Source of the DNA: a virus | Lineage: Duplodnaviria > Caudoviricetes | DNA: 64,000 nucleotides | Strand: one strand, 5' to 3' | Virus record (IMG/VR): IMGVR_UViG_3300017911_001939 | Span: 32,001-96,000 of that record | Part shown: positions 48,640 through 58,732 of the stretch, in pieces | Layout of the letters: every line of letters starts with the position of its first letter | How positions within the stretch are numbered: position 1 is the stretch's first letter | Made by a program: the position numbers and the translations under genes | Notes under the pieces: model-generated | The model's database searches: none | What the model saw: only the letters and a program-made list of their open reading frames with translations | Told to the model about the DNA's origin: nothing

Positions 48640-49196
48640 TGGCATATCTCGGTCAAGGAAATAATAATGTAGTAGAACTAAGAAATACTCGGTTCCGTTA
48701 TACTGCAACAGAGGGTCAAACCTCCTTTACAGGCGCTGATGCAAATGGCACTTCATTGGTTAATATTGATAGTGGTTCTGCTGTTTTTCTTAATGGCTCA
48801 CGTCTATCAATTGATGGAGATTATTCTGTTAGTGGTGGTAATACACTTACACTCACAACTGCTGCTTACCTTAATGACATTATTGAAATCGTAGAGATTA
48901 CAAGGGTAACAGTTGCTGATGCAGGTGGTGCTGCAAAAAGATCAGGTGATACATTTACTGGTAATGCAATCGCTCCTGATTTTAGAATGAATAGATCCAC
49001 ACAGGCAACTGATACAAGTGCGGTCAAAAGATCTGAGTCGCCGTGGGTTGGATCTAATTCTATTATTAGAACAAATGCAAATAATATTGCAGAGAATATT
49101 ACAATTGATTCGAGCACAAACGGTATGAGTGCAGGCCCTATTGAAATTGATTCAGGTTTTACAGTGACCGTAAATGGTGAATGGAGTATCGTATGA
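48639..49196 (+). CDS. fibre adaptor module 2
   Basis: TATEGQTSF, VFLNG..L, GDTFTG, NGMSAGPIEIDSG...GEWSIV. Confidence 0.7.
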   Translation: MAYLGQGNNNVVELRNTRFRYTATEGQTSFTGADANGTSLVNIDSGSAVFLNGSRLSIDGDYSVSGGNTLTLTTAAYLNDIIEIVEITRVTVADAGGAAKRSGDTFTGNAIAPDFRMNRSTQATDTSAVKRSESPWVGSNSIIRTNANNIAENITIDSSTNGMSAGPIEIDSGFTVTVNGEWSIV

Positions 49197-49870
49197 GTAG
49201 ATTAATTGTAAATCAAATTCAAGGCGATGCGGTTAGTAAAGAAATTGAGATTCCTACAGGTCACACGGTAAAGGTAGAAGGTGTTTTAGATACGACATCT
49301 GCAACTCGCACAGTAGGTAATGGTGAAATTATTGAACAACTAACAGCACCATGCGATGGCAGAACAGTTACCGGCATTGAAAGATCATATACATGGCCAA
49401 ATGTAACTGGAAGATATACTTCATCTAGTACTAGTTATGCTGATCTTCCTGGTTCATCAATATCATATACTGCTCCTGCTGGTACAAAAAAGGTTATATA
49501 TGATTTTTATTTTAAATTTGGCGATAGAGGTTATGGTGGTATTTCACATCACGAATTTCATTTAGCTGGTTCTGCTGTAACCTCACGGAGAGGTAGACGA
49601 ACACTTACCTTTAGTTATGATAACAATAACCAACATGCCGAGCTAATGATACATATGAATTATGTTATTGAAAAAGCCGCATCCGATGATGTAGATAATT
49701 TAAAATTAGCCAATTTAGAAACAGCGAATACATATAAGATTCGATCAAGAAATTATGATGGTGGTTACATGTTTGAGGCTCATAAAAATACATGGTGGAA
49801 TGGCACTGGGGCAAGCGGTGATGATCAACAAATTGTAGTTCCAACACTAACAATGACGGCGATAGGATAA
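49193..49870 (+). CDS. fibre head module (type A-related)
   Basis: MSRLIVNQI, GEIIEQL, GSSISYTAP, PTLTMTAI; start at ATGA overlap. Confidence 0.65.
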   Translation: MSRLIVNQIQGDAVSKEIEIPTGHTVKVEGVLDTTSATRTVGNGEIIEQLTAPCDGRTVTGIERSYTWPNVTGRYTSSSTSYADLPGSSISYTAPAGTKKVIYDFYFKFGDRGYGGISHHEFHLAGSAVTSRRGRRTLTFSYDNNNQHAELMIHMNYVIEKAASDDVDNLKLANLETANTYKIRSRNYDGGYMFEAHKNTWWNGTGASGDDQQIVVPTLTMTAIG

Positions 49871-50415
49871 TGAGTAAGTTAAGAGTCAAAGAGATTGCAC
49901 ATTCAAACGGTACCCAAGCCATGACCATTAATACGAGTGGCCATGTCTTAAAACCTCAAGTGCCTGCATGGATGGTAGGAATTTCTGCGTCATATACACA
50001 CACCGCTGGTAATGACGTTCAATATAATACTTCATCTGGTAATGGTGGATTTGATCAAGGTAGTAATTGGGACTTTTCGACTTATGAATATGTTGTTCCT
50101 ACAACCGGTGTTTATTTTATGTATGCTACTGCGTCAATTAATTCTGGTGAGGAAACAAGATCAGCACAGATTGGTATGAAGGTTAATGGAACTGCTGATG
50201 ATGCAAACTATGTAGGTCGCGGTCAAATTGATGCAACCTTATCAGGTGGTGGTAGTTATAATAGGGTATTTGGATCATGGACAAGAAGCCTTACTGCTGG
50301 TGATAGAGTCAAATTTAGATTATCTTGGGAAACAGATGGCGGTGGAGATGGTTTTGATTCAACAGAAAGTGTCCATACTCATGCAACATATTGCACAGGA
50401 TATTTAGTAGGATGA
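49870..50415 (+). CDS. fibre head module, C1q-like
   Basis: PAW, YVVPTTGVYF, LTAGDRV, GYLVG. Confidence 0.7.
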   Translation: MSKLRVKEIAHSNGTQAMTINTSGHVLKPQVPAWMVGISASYTHTAGNDVQYNTSSGNGGFDQGSNWDFSTYEYVVPTTGVYFMYATASINSGEETRSAQIGMKVNGTADDANYVGRGQIDATLSGGGSYNRVFGSWTRSLTAGDRVKFRLSWETDGGGDGFDSTESVHTHATYCTGYLVG

Positions 50416-51119
50416 CAACAAGAGTAAGAGCAGGCGGTATCGCAGGTAATACAATATCCAACGCAATGTTGAAGGACGACTCTGTTGATTCTGATATCCT
50501 TGCCAATGCGATTAATATTACTGCAGGCCAGATTGTGTATCCCGGCATGCCTTTGCAAATCCAGAATACTAATTTTACGGATCATTTATCATATGGAAGC
50601 TCTGATAGTACAGGTGCCGCAACAGGGGTAGGAAATGGATTTTCAGTTATTCCATCCAACATATATGTTAATGTAACTGCAGTAAGATCAAATTCAAAAT
50701 ATTTTTGTATGTTTGATGGTAATGCTAGTTGTTCTGCTGATAGCACAGCATTAGGTGATTGGATTGGTGGTTTTGGATTTGTAGTGGACCCAGCCGGTGG
50801 TACTTCGTGGACACAGTTTGGCAGTGGTACTAATACATCAAATACAAATAACATAAAATTTTTCTCGGCAAGAGCAGATGCATCCGGCGCCGGAAATGAT
50901 AGTTGGTGGTCAATGCAATTGAATGGAAATGCAATGTATACGTCAACTGCTGCGGCTGGTGCAACTCTTAGATTTGCAATTGAATATTTTCACTATGATG
51001 GTATACACCATGAAACAATGTATATAAATCGTAGAACAAATTCAGCAGCGCAAGCTGGTAATTCAGCATATCAAGGTGGTTTGGCGACAAGTCTTACAGT
51101 ATGGGAAATCGCAACTTAA
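50412..51119 (+). CDS. fibre head module, type A
   Basis: PGMPLQI, RSNSKY, MYINR, VWEIAT; start trimmed. Confidence 0.65.
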   Translation: MTTRVRAGGIAGNTISNAMLKDDSVDSDILANAINITAGQIVYPGMPLQIQNTNFTDHLSYGSSDSTGAATGVGNGFSVIPSNIYVNVTAVRSNSKYFCMFDGNASCSADSTALGDWIGGFGFVVDPAGGTSWTQFGSGTNTSNTNNIKFFSARADASGAGNDSWWSMQLNGNAMYTSTAAAGATLRFAIEYFHYDGIHHETMYINRRTNSAAQAGNSAYQGGLATSLTVWEIAT

Positions 51120-51167
51120 TTTATAATAAATAGAAACACAACAACTTAACTTAAGGAGTTAAAACAA

Positions 51168-51563
51168 ATGGCGAAATATGGTATTCCTGACGCGCTTCAA
51201 AAGCTTCGCCCAAATGCACAGTGGGTGCTTCGGGGTGATGCATATTCTGGTCTTGAGTGGCTTGATTCCTCAGGGAATGAAGACAACACAATGTGGGGTG
51301 GTAAACCTACAGAAGATTCATGTAATGCAAAAATTGCAGACCTTGATTCTGATGAACCACTGCGCCTGCTTCGTGTAGAACGCGATAAAAAACTTGCTGA
51401 CCTTGATTGGGAAGTTATTAGACATCAAACAAAAGATGAATCTATTGACTCCGATCTGAAGGTCTACATGAATGCATTGCGTGATCTGCCTTCGACTGCA
51501 AATCCTACTATTGATTCTGCAGGCGATTTGGTGGCATCTTCATTTACCTGGCCGACCAGATAA
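51168..51563 (+). CDS. tail fibre assembly chaperone-like protein
   Basis: ALQKLRPNAQW, LRVERDKKLADLDW, ALRDLP, TWPT. Confidence 0.75.
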   Translation: MAKYGIPDALQKLRPNAQWVLRGDAYSGLEWLDSSGNEDNTMWGGKPTEDSCNAKIADLDSDEPLRLLRVERDKKLADLDWEVIRHQTKDESIDSDLKVYMNALRDLPSTANPTIDSAGDLVASSFTWPTR

Positions 51564-51772
51564 TGACAAGAGCTAGAGAAACAGCACGGGCCGGATTTAT
51601 GACCGAAAAGACTTTCGGTTCGGCCAGCGAGAGCGTGGTATTCAGATTGAATGACACAAATCTTGCCAACGACTTCACTATTGATTCCGATAGGAATGCA
51701 ATGGTGGCCGGTCCGTTGTCTGTCGATTCTGGCAAAACACTAACGCTAAACGGTAACCTGAGTATTGTATAA
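51563..51772 (+). CDS. fibre adaptor module 3 (minimal)
   Basis: MTRARETA; NAMVAGPLSVDSG...GNLSIV. Confidence 0.7.
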   Translation: MTRARETARAGFMTEKTFGSASESVVFRLNDTNLANDFTIDSDRNAMVAGPLSVDSGKTLTLNGNLSIV

Positions 51773-52344
51773 TGGCTGGAATAGTTAGAGCAGATACATT
51801 TAGAATGAACACTATCAAAAGTCAGGATAGTGATGTCACTGCTATGACTATTGATGGTGTTGGTCGAATTTCATTACCTACTCATGTAATGTTTCAATGT
51901 TATCTTCGTGGCGCACCAAATGGTGCGTATACAACTGGAACACCAAGTACACTGACTGCAACTTCAAGTGGTTTGTCATTTAGTTCTAGCACGGAATGGG
52001 TTTGTGTAGATACACATGTTAATAATGGAAACCATTATTCAACATCTACCGGTAGATTTACTGCACCTGTTAATGGAACATATAAATTTTGGTGGAGGTT
52101 TCTTGGTGATTATTCACAAAATTCAGTTAGCGAAATTCATACTGAATTAAGAAAAAATGGTGCAAATGATAGTATGCTTGGGTCCGAGTCTTATAGTGAA
52201 ATGGCATCAAGTGCTCCAAATAGATATAATGATGTATCTGGTGAAATTCTTTTTACATTGGATGCAAATGATTATGTTAGTATTTGGCTCACGGGTGGAT
52301 TCCATCAAAGGTATAGTGGTTGGGGTGGAGAATTAATCGGATGA
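51772..52344 (+). CDS. fibre head module, C1q-like
   Basis: YSTSTGRFTAPVNGTYKF, LDANDYV, GELIG. Confidence 0.72.
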   Translation: MAGIVRADTFRMNTIKSQDSDVTAMTIDGVGRISLPTHVMFQCYLRGAPNGAYTTGTPSTLTATSSGLSFSSSTEWVCVDTHVNNGNHYSTSTGRFTAPVNGTYKFWWRFLGDYSQNSVSEIHTELRKNGANDSMLGSESYSEMASSAPNRYNDVSGEILFTLDANDYVSIWLTGGFHQRYSGWGGELIG

Positions 52345-52844
52345 GTAAACTAATCGTAAATACTATCGAGGCACAGACATACAAGTATGACTCTGATACG
52401 ACTGGTATGACCATTGATAATGCGGGTAGAATTGTTACTGAGGATGTAAGACCAGCATTTAAGGCATACTACAATGCAAATAATTGGGCATTAAGCACTG
52501 GCGATGTTTTTGTATTTGATAGAACAGAATTTAATGTAGGTAGTTGTTATGATACATCAAATGGTAAATTTACTGCACCACGAGATGGAATATATCATTT
52601 TAATTATTATACAATTTATACTGGTAATGCTGGTAATGATTGGATCAGTTTACAAAAAAATGGTAGTAGAATTAGAGGAGGTGATCTTCATTTTTCCACC
52701 ACTCCAGGAGGTAATTGGGATACGATTGGTAGTTCAACTCTTTTACAGCTCTCAAGCGGTGATGAAATAACAATGGTTGCCGGTACTGCACACACATATC
52801 ATGGAGGTAATTGGAGTGAATTTAGCGGGTTTTTTGTAGGATAG
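52341..52844 (+). CDS. fibre head module, C1q-like
   Basis: PAF, FNVGSCYDTSNGKFTAPRDGIYHF, LSSGD, FSGFFVG. Confidence 0.78.
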   Translation: MSKLIVNTIEAQTYKYDSDTTGMTIDNAGRIVTEDVRPAFKAYYNANNWALSTGDVFVFDRTEFNVGSCYDTSNGKFTAPRDGIYHFNYYTIYTGNAGNDWISLQKNGSRIRGGDLHFSTTPGGNWDTIGSSTLLQLSSGDEITMVAGTAHTYHGGNWSEFSGFFVG

Positions 52845-52847
52845 GTT

Positions 52848-53429
52848 ATGGTAGCAACATTACAAACATCTAAGATTGCACATAATAATGGTACCGAGGC
52901 AATGACCATTCAATCGGATGGCCGCGTTGTACCTGTCATGGCTGGTAGTATTATTCAAATGCAATATTCACAGTATACTGGTACCACAACACAGGCAATT
53001 ACTGCAGACACTGATACTGTGATGGATTTTATCAGTGTGAATATTACACCAGTAAGTACCTCAAGTAAAATTCATATACAAGCACATATTTTTTACGAAC
53101 ACGGTGATAATAATCCTAATTCTTGGAATCATGTTTGGTTCTTTTACAGAGATAGCACAAAATTAGCACATCCGGCCGCAGGAAATAGATTATGTGGTAT
53201 TTCGATGGGTAACTTAACATATTATGCTGATGATAATGGTAGCACGGCAGAAATTGCAAGATATGACTATTTTGATGAGCCAAATACGACTGATCAAATA
53301 ACGTACAAAATAGGCTATAGATGCTACAGCGGAGAAACACTTTATATCAATAGAACAGTTAGTACTGTTGATGGTAATGAGTATGAGCGTGGGGTGTCGA
53401 TGATTAGTGTTACGGAGATTGCAGGTTAA
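52848..53429 (+). CDS. fibre head module, type A
   Basis: GSIIQ, ITPVSTSSKI, PNTTDQITYK, YINR, TEIAG. Confidence 0.7.
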   Translation: MVATLQTSKIAHNNGTEAMTIQSDGRVVPVMAGSIIQMQYSQYTGTTTQAITADTDTVMDFISVNITPVSTSSKIHIQAHIFYEHGDNNPNSWNHVWFFYRDSTKLAHPAAGNRLCGISMGNLTYYADDNGSTAEIARYDYFDEPNTTDQITYKIGYRCYSGETLYINRTVSTVDGNEYERGVSMISVTEIAG

Positions 53430-54154
53430 TGCCGTATATTGGACGCGAACCAACACAAGGTGAATTTAAAAAGGTTGATGTTTCGGCATGGACTTTTGAT
53501 GACTCGTCGACATCATTTCCAATTGGCTTTCAGGTAGGTGAAGTCAATCAGTTAGTCGTGTCCTTAAATGGTGTTATTCAGGAACCTACATCAGACTTTG
53601 TTCTTGCAGATGGCGGTACTAATTTAGTATTCGTTACTGCACCTGAAACTGGTGACTCATGCTTTGTATTAACATATGGTGATGTTGGCGGTGTATCGGT
53701 ACCTGATGCATCCATCACACTTGCCAAATTAGAAACAAATCTAAAATCATTTACCGAAGATCACTTTACTGCATCAGGCGATTCAGATACATATACACTT
53801 TCTGAAACACCACCATCAAAGAGTTCTATTCTTGTATCAATTGATGGTATTGTTCAGGCAGAGACAAACTATTATCTGACCACAAATCAATTATCATTTG
53901 ATTCTAACTTGGATTCGGATGCAAGTCTTAGAGTTGTACATATGGGTATGGTATCAGGTGTGACCAATCCATTGAATGGTACTGTAGCAAATAAACATAT
54001 GTCGTCCGATATTATGAAGGCAGCAGGTATTCGAGTGAATAGAAATGAATTAACAGAAGATGTGACGATTGGTACTAACGAACGTGCATCAGTGGCAGGT
54101 GATTTTAAGATCTCTGCAACATTGACAGTGAATGGAGTATTTACAATTGTCTAA
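53429..54154 (+). CDS. fibre adaptor module 4 (two Ig-like units)
   Basis: VSLNGVIQEP, VSIDGIVQ; C-terminal ASVAG...GVFTIV. Confidence 0.7.
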   Translation: MPYIGREPTQGEFKKVDVSAWTFDDSSTSFPIGFQVGEVNQLVVSLNGVIQEPTSDFVLADGGTNLVFVTAPETGDSCFVLTYGDVGGVSVPDASITLAKLETNLKSFTEDHFTASGDSDTYTLSETPPSKSSILVSIDGIVQAETNYYLTTNQLSFDSNLDSDASLRVVHMGMVSGVTNPLNGTVANKHMSSDIMKAAGIRVNRNELTEDVTIGTNERASVAGDFKISATLTVNGVFTIV

Positions 54155-54671
54155 GGTTTATGTAAACAACATTCATAATAAAGCCGGTACTCAGGCAATG
54201 AGTATTGATGGCAATGGTGTTGTAAAAGAAACAAATAAAATTATGTGGCAAGTTCATGGAAGCAATAATGCCTATGTTTCAGCTGACGGGGTAAAAGTTG
54301 CGTTTGATGATGTAACTCTTGATACTCATAGCGGATTTGATACTGCAACAAATGGATATACCGCACCAGTTACTGGAACATATCATGTTCATGCCAATAT
54401 CTATCTTAGGGTTGATAATAATGAAGCTGTGGCTTTAAGAATTAAAGTTGATGGATCGGCTTGGTTAGGGGTGGACGGCACTATACAAACTAACGGTCCT
54501 TACGCTTATCATTATTGGGCTGGGGTAACACAGTCACACCATAATATGACATATAGTACTTTAATAAAACTAAATGCTGGTGAAGAAATGACATGGCACC
54601 TTTCAGGCTCAAACACTGAATATTATTCTGGTGGTAGAGAATGTTGGACTCATGGATATTTGGTAGGATAA
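54147..54671 (+). CDS. fibre head module, C1q-like (probable TTG start)
   Basis: GGAG SD 9 nt before TTG 54147 gives MSKVYVNNI like its paralogs; YTAPVTGTY, LNAGE, GYLVG. Confidence 0.68.
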   Translation: MSKVYVNNIHNKAGTQAMSIDGNGVVKETNKIMWQVHGSNNAYVSADGVKVAFDDVTLDTHSGFDTATNGYTAPVTGTYHVHANIYLRVDNNEAVALRIKVDGSAWLGVDGTIQTNGPYAYHYWAGVTQSHHNMTYSTLIKLNAGEEMTWHLSGSNTEYYSGGRECWTHGYLVG

Positions 54672-54675
54672 TGAT

Positions 54676-55179
54676 ATGACAAATAGTGTATTAGGTGTAA
54701 GAAATATTCAGCATACCAACGGTACCGATGCGATGACCATTGATACCGCAGGTAATATTGATGTTAAAGGTTTTTTGACAAAACAAAAACCCATTGTTTG
54801 GGAAACATCCAGAAATAGTACGCTTTCAACTGATAATGCAGTTTGGGTTCCAAATAGAATCGAAATTGATACCGCAAGTGCAATTAATACATCCACAGGA
54901 AAATTCGTCGCACCTGTTGCCGGATATTATTATACACAGTTTACATGGTTATCTAGAAGTACTGCAGAACTGTCAGATGTTTATATTAAATGGACAGGTA
55001 GTGTTACCAATACAATGAAAAGAATAAGAAGCCAAGGACACTCAAATCATATTTCAATGTCTGGTCATAGAATTATGTATTTAAATGTAAATGATGAACT
55101 TTGGATTGAAAATGGCACTGGTTATATTTATGGTGATAGCAATTGGTGGACATCATGGTCCGGACATTTTATAGGATAA
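54676..55179 (+). CDS. fibre head module, C1q-like
   Basis: TSTGKFVAPVAGYY, LNVND, WSGHFIG. Confidence 0.72.
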   Translation: MTNSVLGVRNIQHTNGTDAMTIDTAGNIDVKGFLTKQKPIVWETSRNSTLSTDNAVWVPNRIEIDTASAINTSTGKFVAPVAGYYYTQFTWLSRSTAELSDVYIKWTGSVTNTMKRIRSQGHSNHISMSGHRIMYLNVNDELWIENGTGYIYGDSNWWTSWSGHFIG

Positions 55180-55183
55180 GAGA

Positions 55184-55738
55184 ATGACAAGCGTTTTATT
55201 AGTAGATACAATTAAAAATTCTCTGGATTCTGCGGACACTGTTGCGTTTACTGGTGGTATTCATTCACCTGGTACACCAATCCAGGTAAAAACTGGGGTA
55301 TTAAGAGGAACTGTTGCTCATTCCACTAGTACCTTTACGGATATTGGTTTATCAGTAACAATTACCCCAAAATTATCTAATAGTCATATGATGATTTTGG
55401 CATCTATTGCTGGAGGATCTAAAACATCTTCTGCCACAACATTGCAACTTTTAAGAGATAGTACTGTAATTTTACCAGATAATCCAACTAGCCCAGGAAA
55501 TAGGCAGGTAGGCATGTATGACATGTACACTGGTAATAACGGATATAATATTAATTCGTACAGTTTTATGTATGTCGATACTGGCAGAAGTGCAGGAACT
55601 TCAGCAATTACTTACAAATTTCAATTAAAAACTCACAATACTGGCACGGTTTTTATTAATAGAAGCGGTGATGATACAGATGTAAATAATTATGTAAGAA
55701 GCACATCCCATATTCAAGTATTGGAGATACCACAGTAA
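55184..55738 (+). CDS. fibre head module, type A
   Basis: PGTPIQV, ITPKLSNS, ITYKFQ, FINR, LEIPQ. Confidence 0.7.
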   Translation: MTSVLLVDTIKNSLDSADTVAFTGGIHSPGTPIQVKTGVLRGTVAHSTSTFTDIGLSVTITPKLSNSHMMILASIAGGSKTSSATTLQLLRDSTVILPDNPTSPGNRQVGMYDMYTGNNGYNINSYSFMYVDTGRSAGTSAITYKFQLKTHNTGTVFINRSGDDTDVNNYVRSTSHIQVLEIPQ

Positions 55739-56319
55739 TGCCTATTCAAAGAGCCAAACCAATTGCTGCAGATTTGCCTATAATTCCTAGCGATAAATTA
55801 TCACTAGGAGCTTCTGATATGCCATCAGGTTCTATTATTCAGACAGTAAGAACGGAATTAGCATCATCTTTACAATACACAGATGCTGATGGAGATATTA
55901 TGTCTGTTAATATCACACCTTTATTGAGCGATTCAAATTTATTAATTTCTGCGTATTTGCAATGGTCAATTATGGAAAATGAAGGTGGCGACTGGGGTAT
56001 CAGATTAAGAGAAAATAGTTCAGGAAGTGAAACGACTATTTTAGGTGATGATCAAAATGGATATTTTATATCTGGTGGGGGTGTTGACACTTACGACTGG
56101 GTTGGTCAAGGCAGTAATGCATATGGTGTAAATTTTGCATCTAAAACAGATTATTATACAGGAAGAACTGCAGGCACGTCTCAATTTACTGTAAAATTAA
56201 GACACGAATCACAACAGAATAATACTAATGTAAGATACATGCGCGATGGTTGGGGCGGTGCAGGAGTTGAATCTCAAAGAAGTAGATGCGTTCTTCTTGT
56301 CCATGAGATTGCAGGGTAA
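55738..56319 (+). CDS. fibre head module, type A
   Basis: MPSGSIIQTV, ITPLLSDS, HEIAG. Confidence 0.7.
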   Translation: MPIQRAKPIAADLPIIPSDKLSLGASDMPSGSIIQTVRTELASSLQYTDADGDIMSVNITPLLSDSNLLISAYLQWSIMENEGGDWGIRLRENSSGSETTILGDDQNGYFISGGGVDTYDWVGQGSNAYGVNFASKTDYYTGRTAGTSQFTVKLRHESQQNNTNVRYMRDGWGGAGVESQRSRCVLLVHEIAG

Positions 56320-56324
56320 TTTTT

Positions 56325-56343
56325 GTATAAATAGAATAAAGTT
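56325..56343 (+). promoter_or_regulatory. late promoter with extended 19-nt repeat
   Basis: GTATAAATAGAATAAAGTT then GAGG SD. Confidence 0.85.
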
Positions 56344-56361
56344 TTTTAGAGAGAGGTTTTA

Positions 56362-57378
56362 ATGGCCAACAGAGTACCACTCGTTGTAGCAAATCAAAAG
56401 ATGCGGGAAATCGCCGACGGGGATACTCTTGACCTAACAGGCAATCCGCTTATCGTTGGTGGTGATCTTACACCATCTGTCGATTCCGCATACGATCTTG
56501 GTAGCTCATCAAAGAAATGGAAAGACCTGCATCTTTCAGGTTCTACAATCCATTTGGGCAATATTCTTCTGCAAGATAGCGGAGGAAAATTTGTTACGCG
56601 TGATTCTGCAAATGGTCCAGTTACATCATTCCAACTTTCAAATAATACCACAGACGATGTAGCAGAAGGTTCATCCAATCTTTATCATACAACAGCGAGA
56701 GCAAGAAATGCTATCAACGTTGTAGATGCTGGTGGAGATGGTTCATTCGCATATGACTCTTCGCTTGGTAAGTTAACTTATACTGGGCCTTCGGCTTCTG
56801 AAGTAAGAGCACACTTCACGGGTGGTTCTGGTATTGGTATCACTAACGGTACTATTGATCTCGATTCTGATCTTACAGTTACTGGTAACTTAATCGTTAC
56901 ACAGAACCTGACTGTTCAAGGTACAGAAACTATTATTAATTCAACGACTCTTTCGGTTAATGATAAGACAATTATTTTGGCAGATAGTGCGGCTGACTCA
57001 GCTGCTGCAAGTGGAGCTGGTATCGAGGTGTATGCAGCTGGTGCTTCTATCACATACGATCATTCAAATGTAGAATGGGATATTAATCGTAAGATTAATG
57101 TACGTGGTACTACTGTGGATGATGGTGGTATTCAAATTAAAACAACTACAGGTTCTGTTGCATATGTAGATTTATTCTGTGAATCAGGTAACTCTCATAG
57201 AGTACGGGTTAAATCACCTACACATTCACAATATTCTGGAAATATTGATGTTATTCTTCCTGCAGAAGCGGGTACATTGGCTACAGTTGGTAATGATTCG
57301 ACTGATCGCTTACTTATTAAAGATTCAAGTGGTTCAACAATTAAAACAATTCAAGGCGTCGGTAACTCGGCATTATAA
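56362..57378 (+). CDS. fibre/collar protein upstream of the neck genes
   Basis: YDLGSSSKKWKDLHLSG, TDDVAEGSSNLY, shared segment with ORF 31924. Confidence 0.75.
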   Translation: MANRVPLVVANQKMREIADGDTLDLTGNPLIVGGDLTPSVDSAYDLGSSSKKWKDLHLSGSTIHLGNILLQDSGGKFVTRDSANGPVTSFQLSNNTTDDVAEGSSNLYHTTARARNAINVVDAGGDGSFAYDSSLGKLTYTGPSASEVRAHFTGGSGIGITNGTIDLDSDLTVTGNLIVTQNLTVQGTETIINSTTLSVNDKTIILADSAADSAAASGAGIEVYAAGASITYDHSNVEWDINRKINVRGTTVDDGGIQIKTTTGSVAYVDLFCESGNSHRVRVKSPTHSQYSGNIDVILPAEAGTLATVGNDSTDRLLIKDSSGSTIKTIQGVGNSAL

Positions 57379-57381
57379 TAG

Positions 57382-58137
57382 ATGGCAAATCCTAATTCAA
57401 GAGCTACATTGATCGATTATTGCAAGCGCCGTTTAGGTGATCCTGTAATTGAGATTAATGTAGACGAAGACCAAATCGAAGATCGCATTGACGAAGCGAT
57501 TCAGTATTACCAAGAGTTTCATTCTGATGCGACTCGTCGTGGTTATCTGAAGCATCAGTTGACAGCGACAGATATTGCGAACGAGTATATTACTCTTTCG
57601 ACAGATATTCAATTTGTCTCGAGGATTTTTAGATTTAACTCATCATTTGCCCAAACAGGTAACATGTTTGATATCAAATATCAAATGGCTCTTAACGATA
57701 TTTGGGACATGACTAAGTTTGCGGGCGATTTGGCATATTACGATCAGTTGCAACAATACTTATCGACTCTCGATATGAAATTAAATGGTCAACCAATTGT
57801 TGACTTTACGCGTAAACAAAATAGACTCTATATTCACGGTAATATTCCAGACAAAGATGTCGCAGTAGACGAATATGTCATCTTAGAGATCTATGAAACG
57901 ATTGATCCCGATACGTTTACTTCGATTTACAATGACATGTGGCTAAAACAGTATGCGACTTCACTGATTAAACTGCAGTGGGGCATGAACTTGATCAAGT
58001 TTGAGGGTATGCAATTACCAGGAGGAGTCATTATTAACGGCAGACAGATCTATGATGATGCTCAGGCAGAGATACAAGAATTGCAGGAGAAGATTCGTAT
58101 AGAGCACGAGATGCCCGCAGACTTTTTTGTAGGATGA
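57382..58137 (+). CDS. gp13: neck protein
   Basis: LIDYCKRRLGDPVIEINVDEDQ, WLKQYAT, QWGMNLIKF..LPGGV..NG. Confidence 0.95.
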   Translation: MANPNSRATLIDYCKRRLGDPVIEINVDEDQIEDRIDEAIQYYQEFHSDATRRGYLKHQLTATDIANEYITLSTDIQFVSRIFRFNSSFAQTGNMFDIKYQMALNDIWDMTKFAGDLAYYDQLQQYLSTLDMKLNGQPIVDFTRKQNRLYIHGNIPDKDVAVDEYVILEIYETIDPDTFTSIYNDMWLKQYATSLIKLQWGMNLIKFEGMQLPGGVIINGRQIYDDAQAEIQELQEKIRIEHEMPADFFVG

Positions 58138-58138
58138 T

Positions 58139-58732
58139 ATGGCTAGAAATATTTACTTCACCGACAAATTCAAAGGTGAGACAGAATTATATGAAAACAT
58201 AGTCATAGAATCACTCAAGATCTATGGTCAAGATGTTTATTACATTCCACGAGACATCGTAAACGAAGATAAAATCTTCGGCGATGATATCGAGTCGTCT
58301 TTTAATTCCTCATATAAAGTAGAAATGTACCTCGACAACATTGAAGGTTTTGAGGGCGAAGGAGATTTGTTCACTCGTTTTGGCGTAGAGATTCGAGACG
58401 AATGCACATTTGTAGTTGCGCGGCGTAGATGGTCGCAGACGGTATCACGCTATGATAATGATATTAACAGTGATAGACCTCGTGAAGGTGACTTAGTCTA
58501 TCTTCCGCTATCTAATTCGCTTTTCCAAATTACACACGTTGAACATGAGGCACCTTTCTATCAGGTATCAAACCTCAATGTGTATAAACTACGTGCACAA
58601 TTATTCGAATATACTGGCGAAGATCTCGATACGGGCGTAGAAGCTATCGATGATATCGAAGTAGATTACGCGCATCAATATAAAGTTAAGGTCGCTGCAC
58701 CGAAGACAGCGAAAGGCACGGCGGTATTGTAA
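58139..58732 (+). CDS. gp14: neck/head-closure protein, N-terminal part
   Basis: ESLKIYGQDVYYIPR, GDLFTRFG.EIRD, RPREGDLVY, PFYQ, FEY..E..DTG. Confidence 0.92.
   Translation: MARNIYFTDKFKGETELYENIVIESLKIYGQDVYYIPRDIVNEDKIFGDDIESSFNSSYKVEMYLDNIEGFEGEGDLFTRFGVEIRDECTFVVARRRWSQTVSRYDNDINSDRPREGDLVYLPLSNSLFQITHVEHEAPFYQVSNLNVYKLRAQLFEYTGEDLDTGVEAIDDIEVDYAHQYKVKVAAPKTAKGTAVL

Noticed and set aside
42141-56319. Diversity-generating retroelement or invertible shufflon behind the head array
   Set aside because: No reverse transcriptase, recombinase, near-identical TR/VR pair or inverted repeats seen; paralogs are old and all co-oriented.
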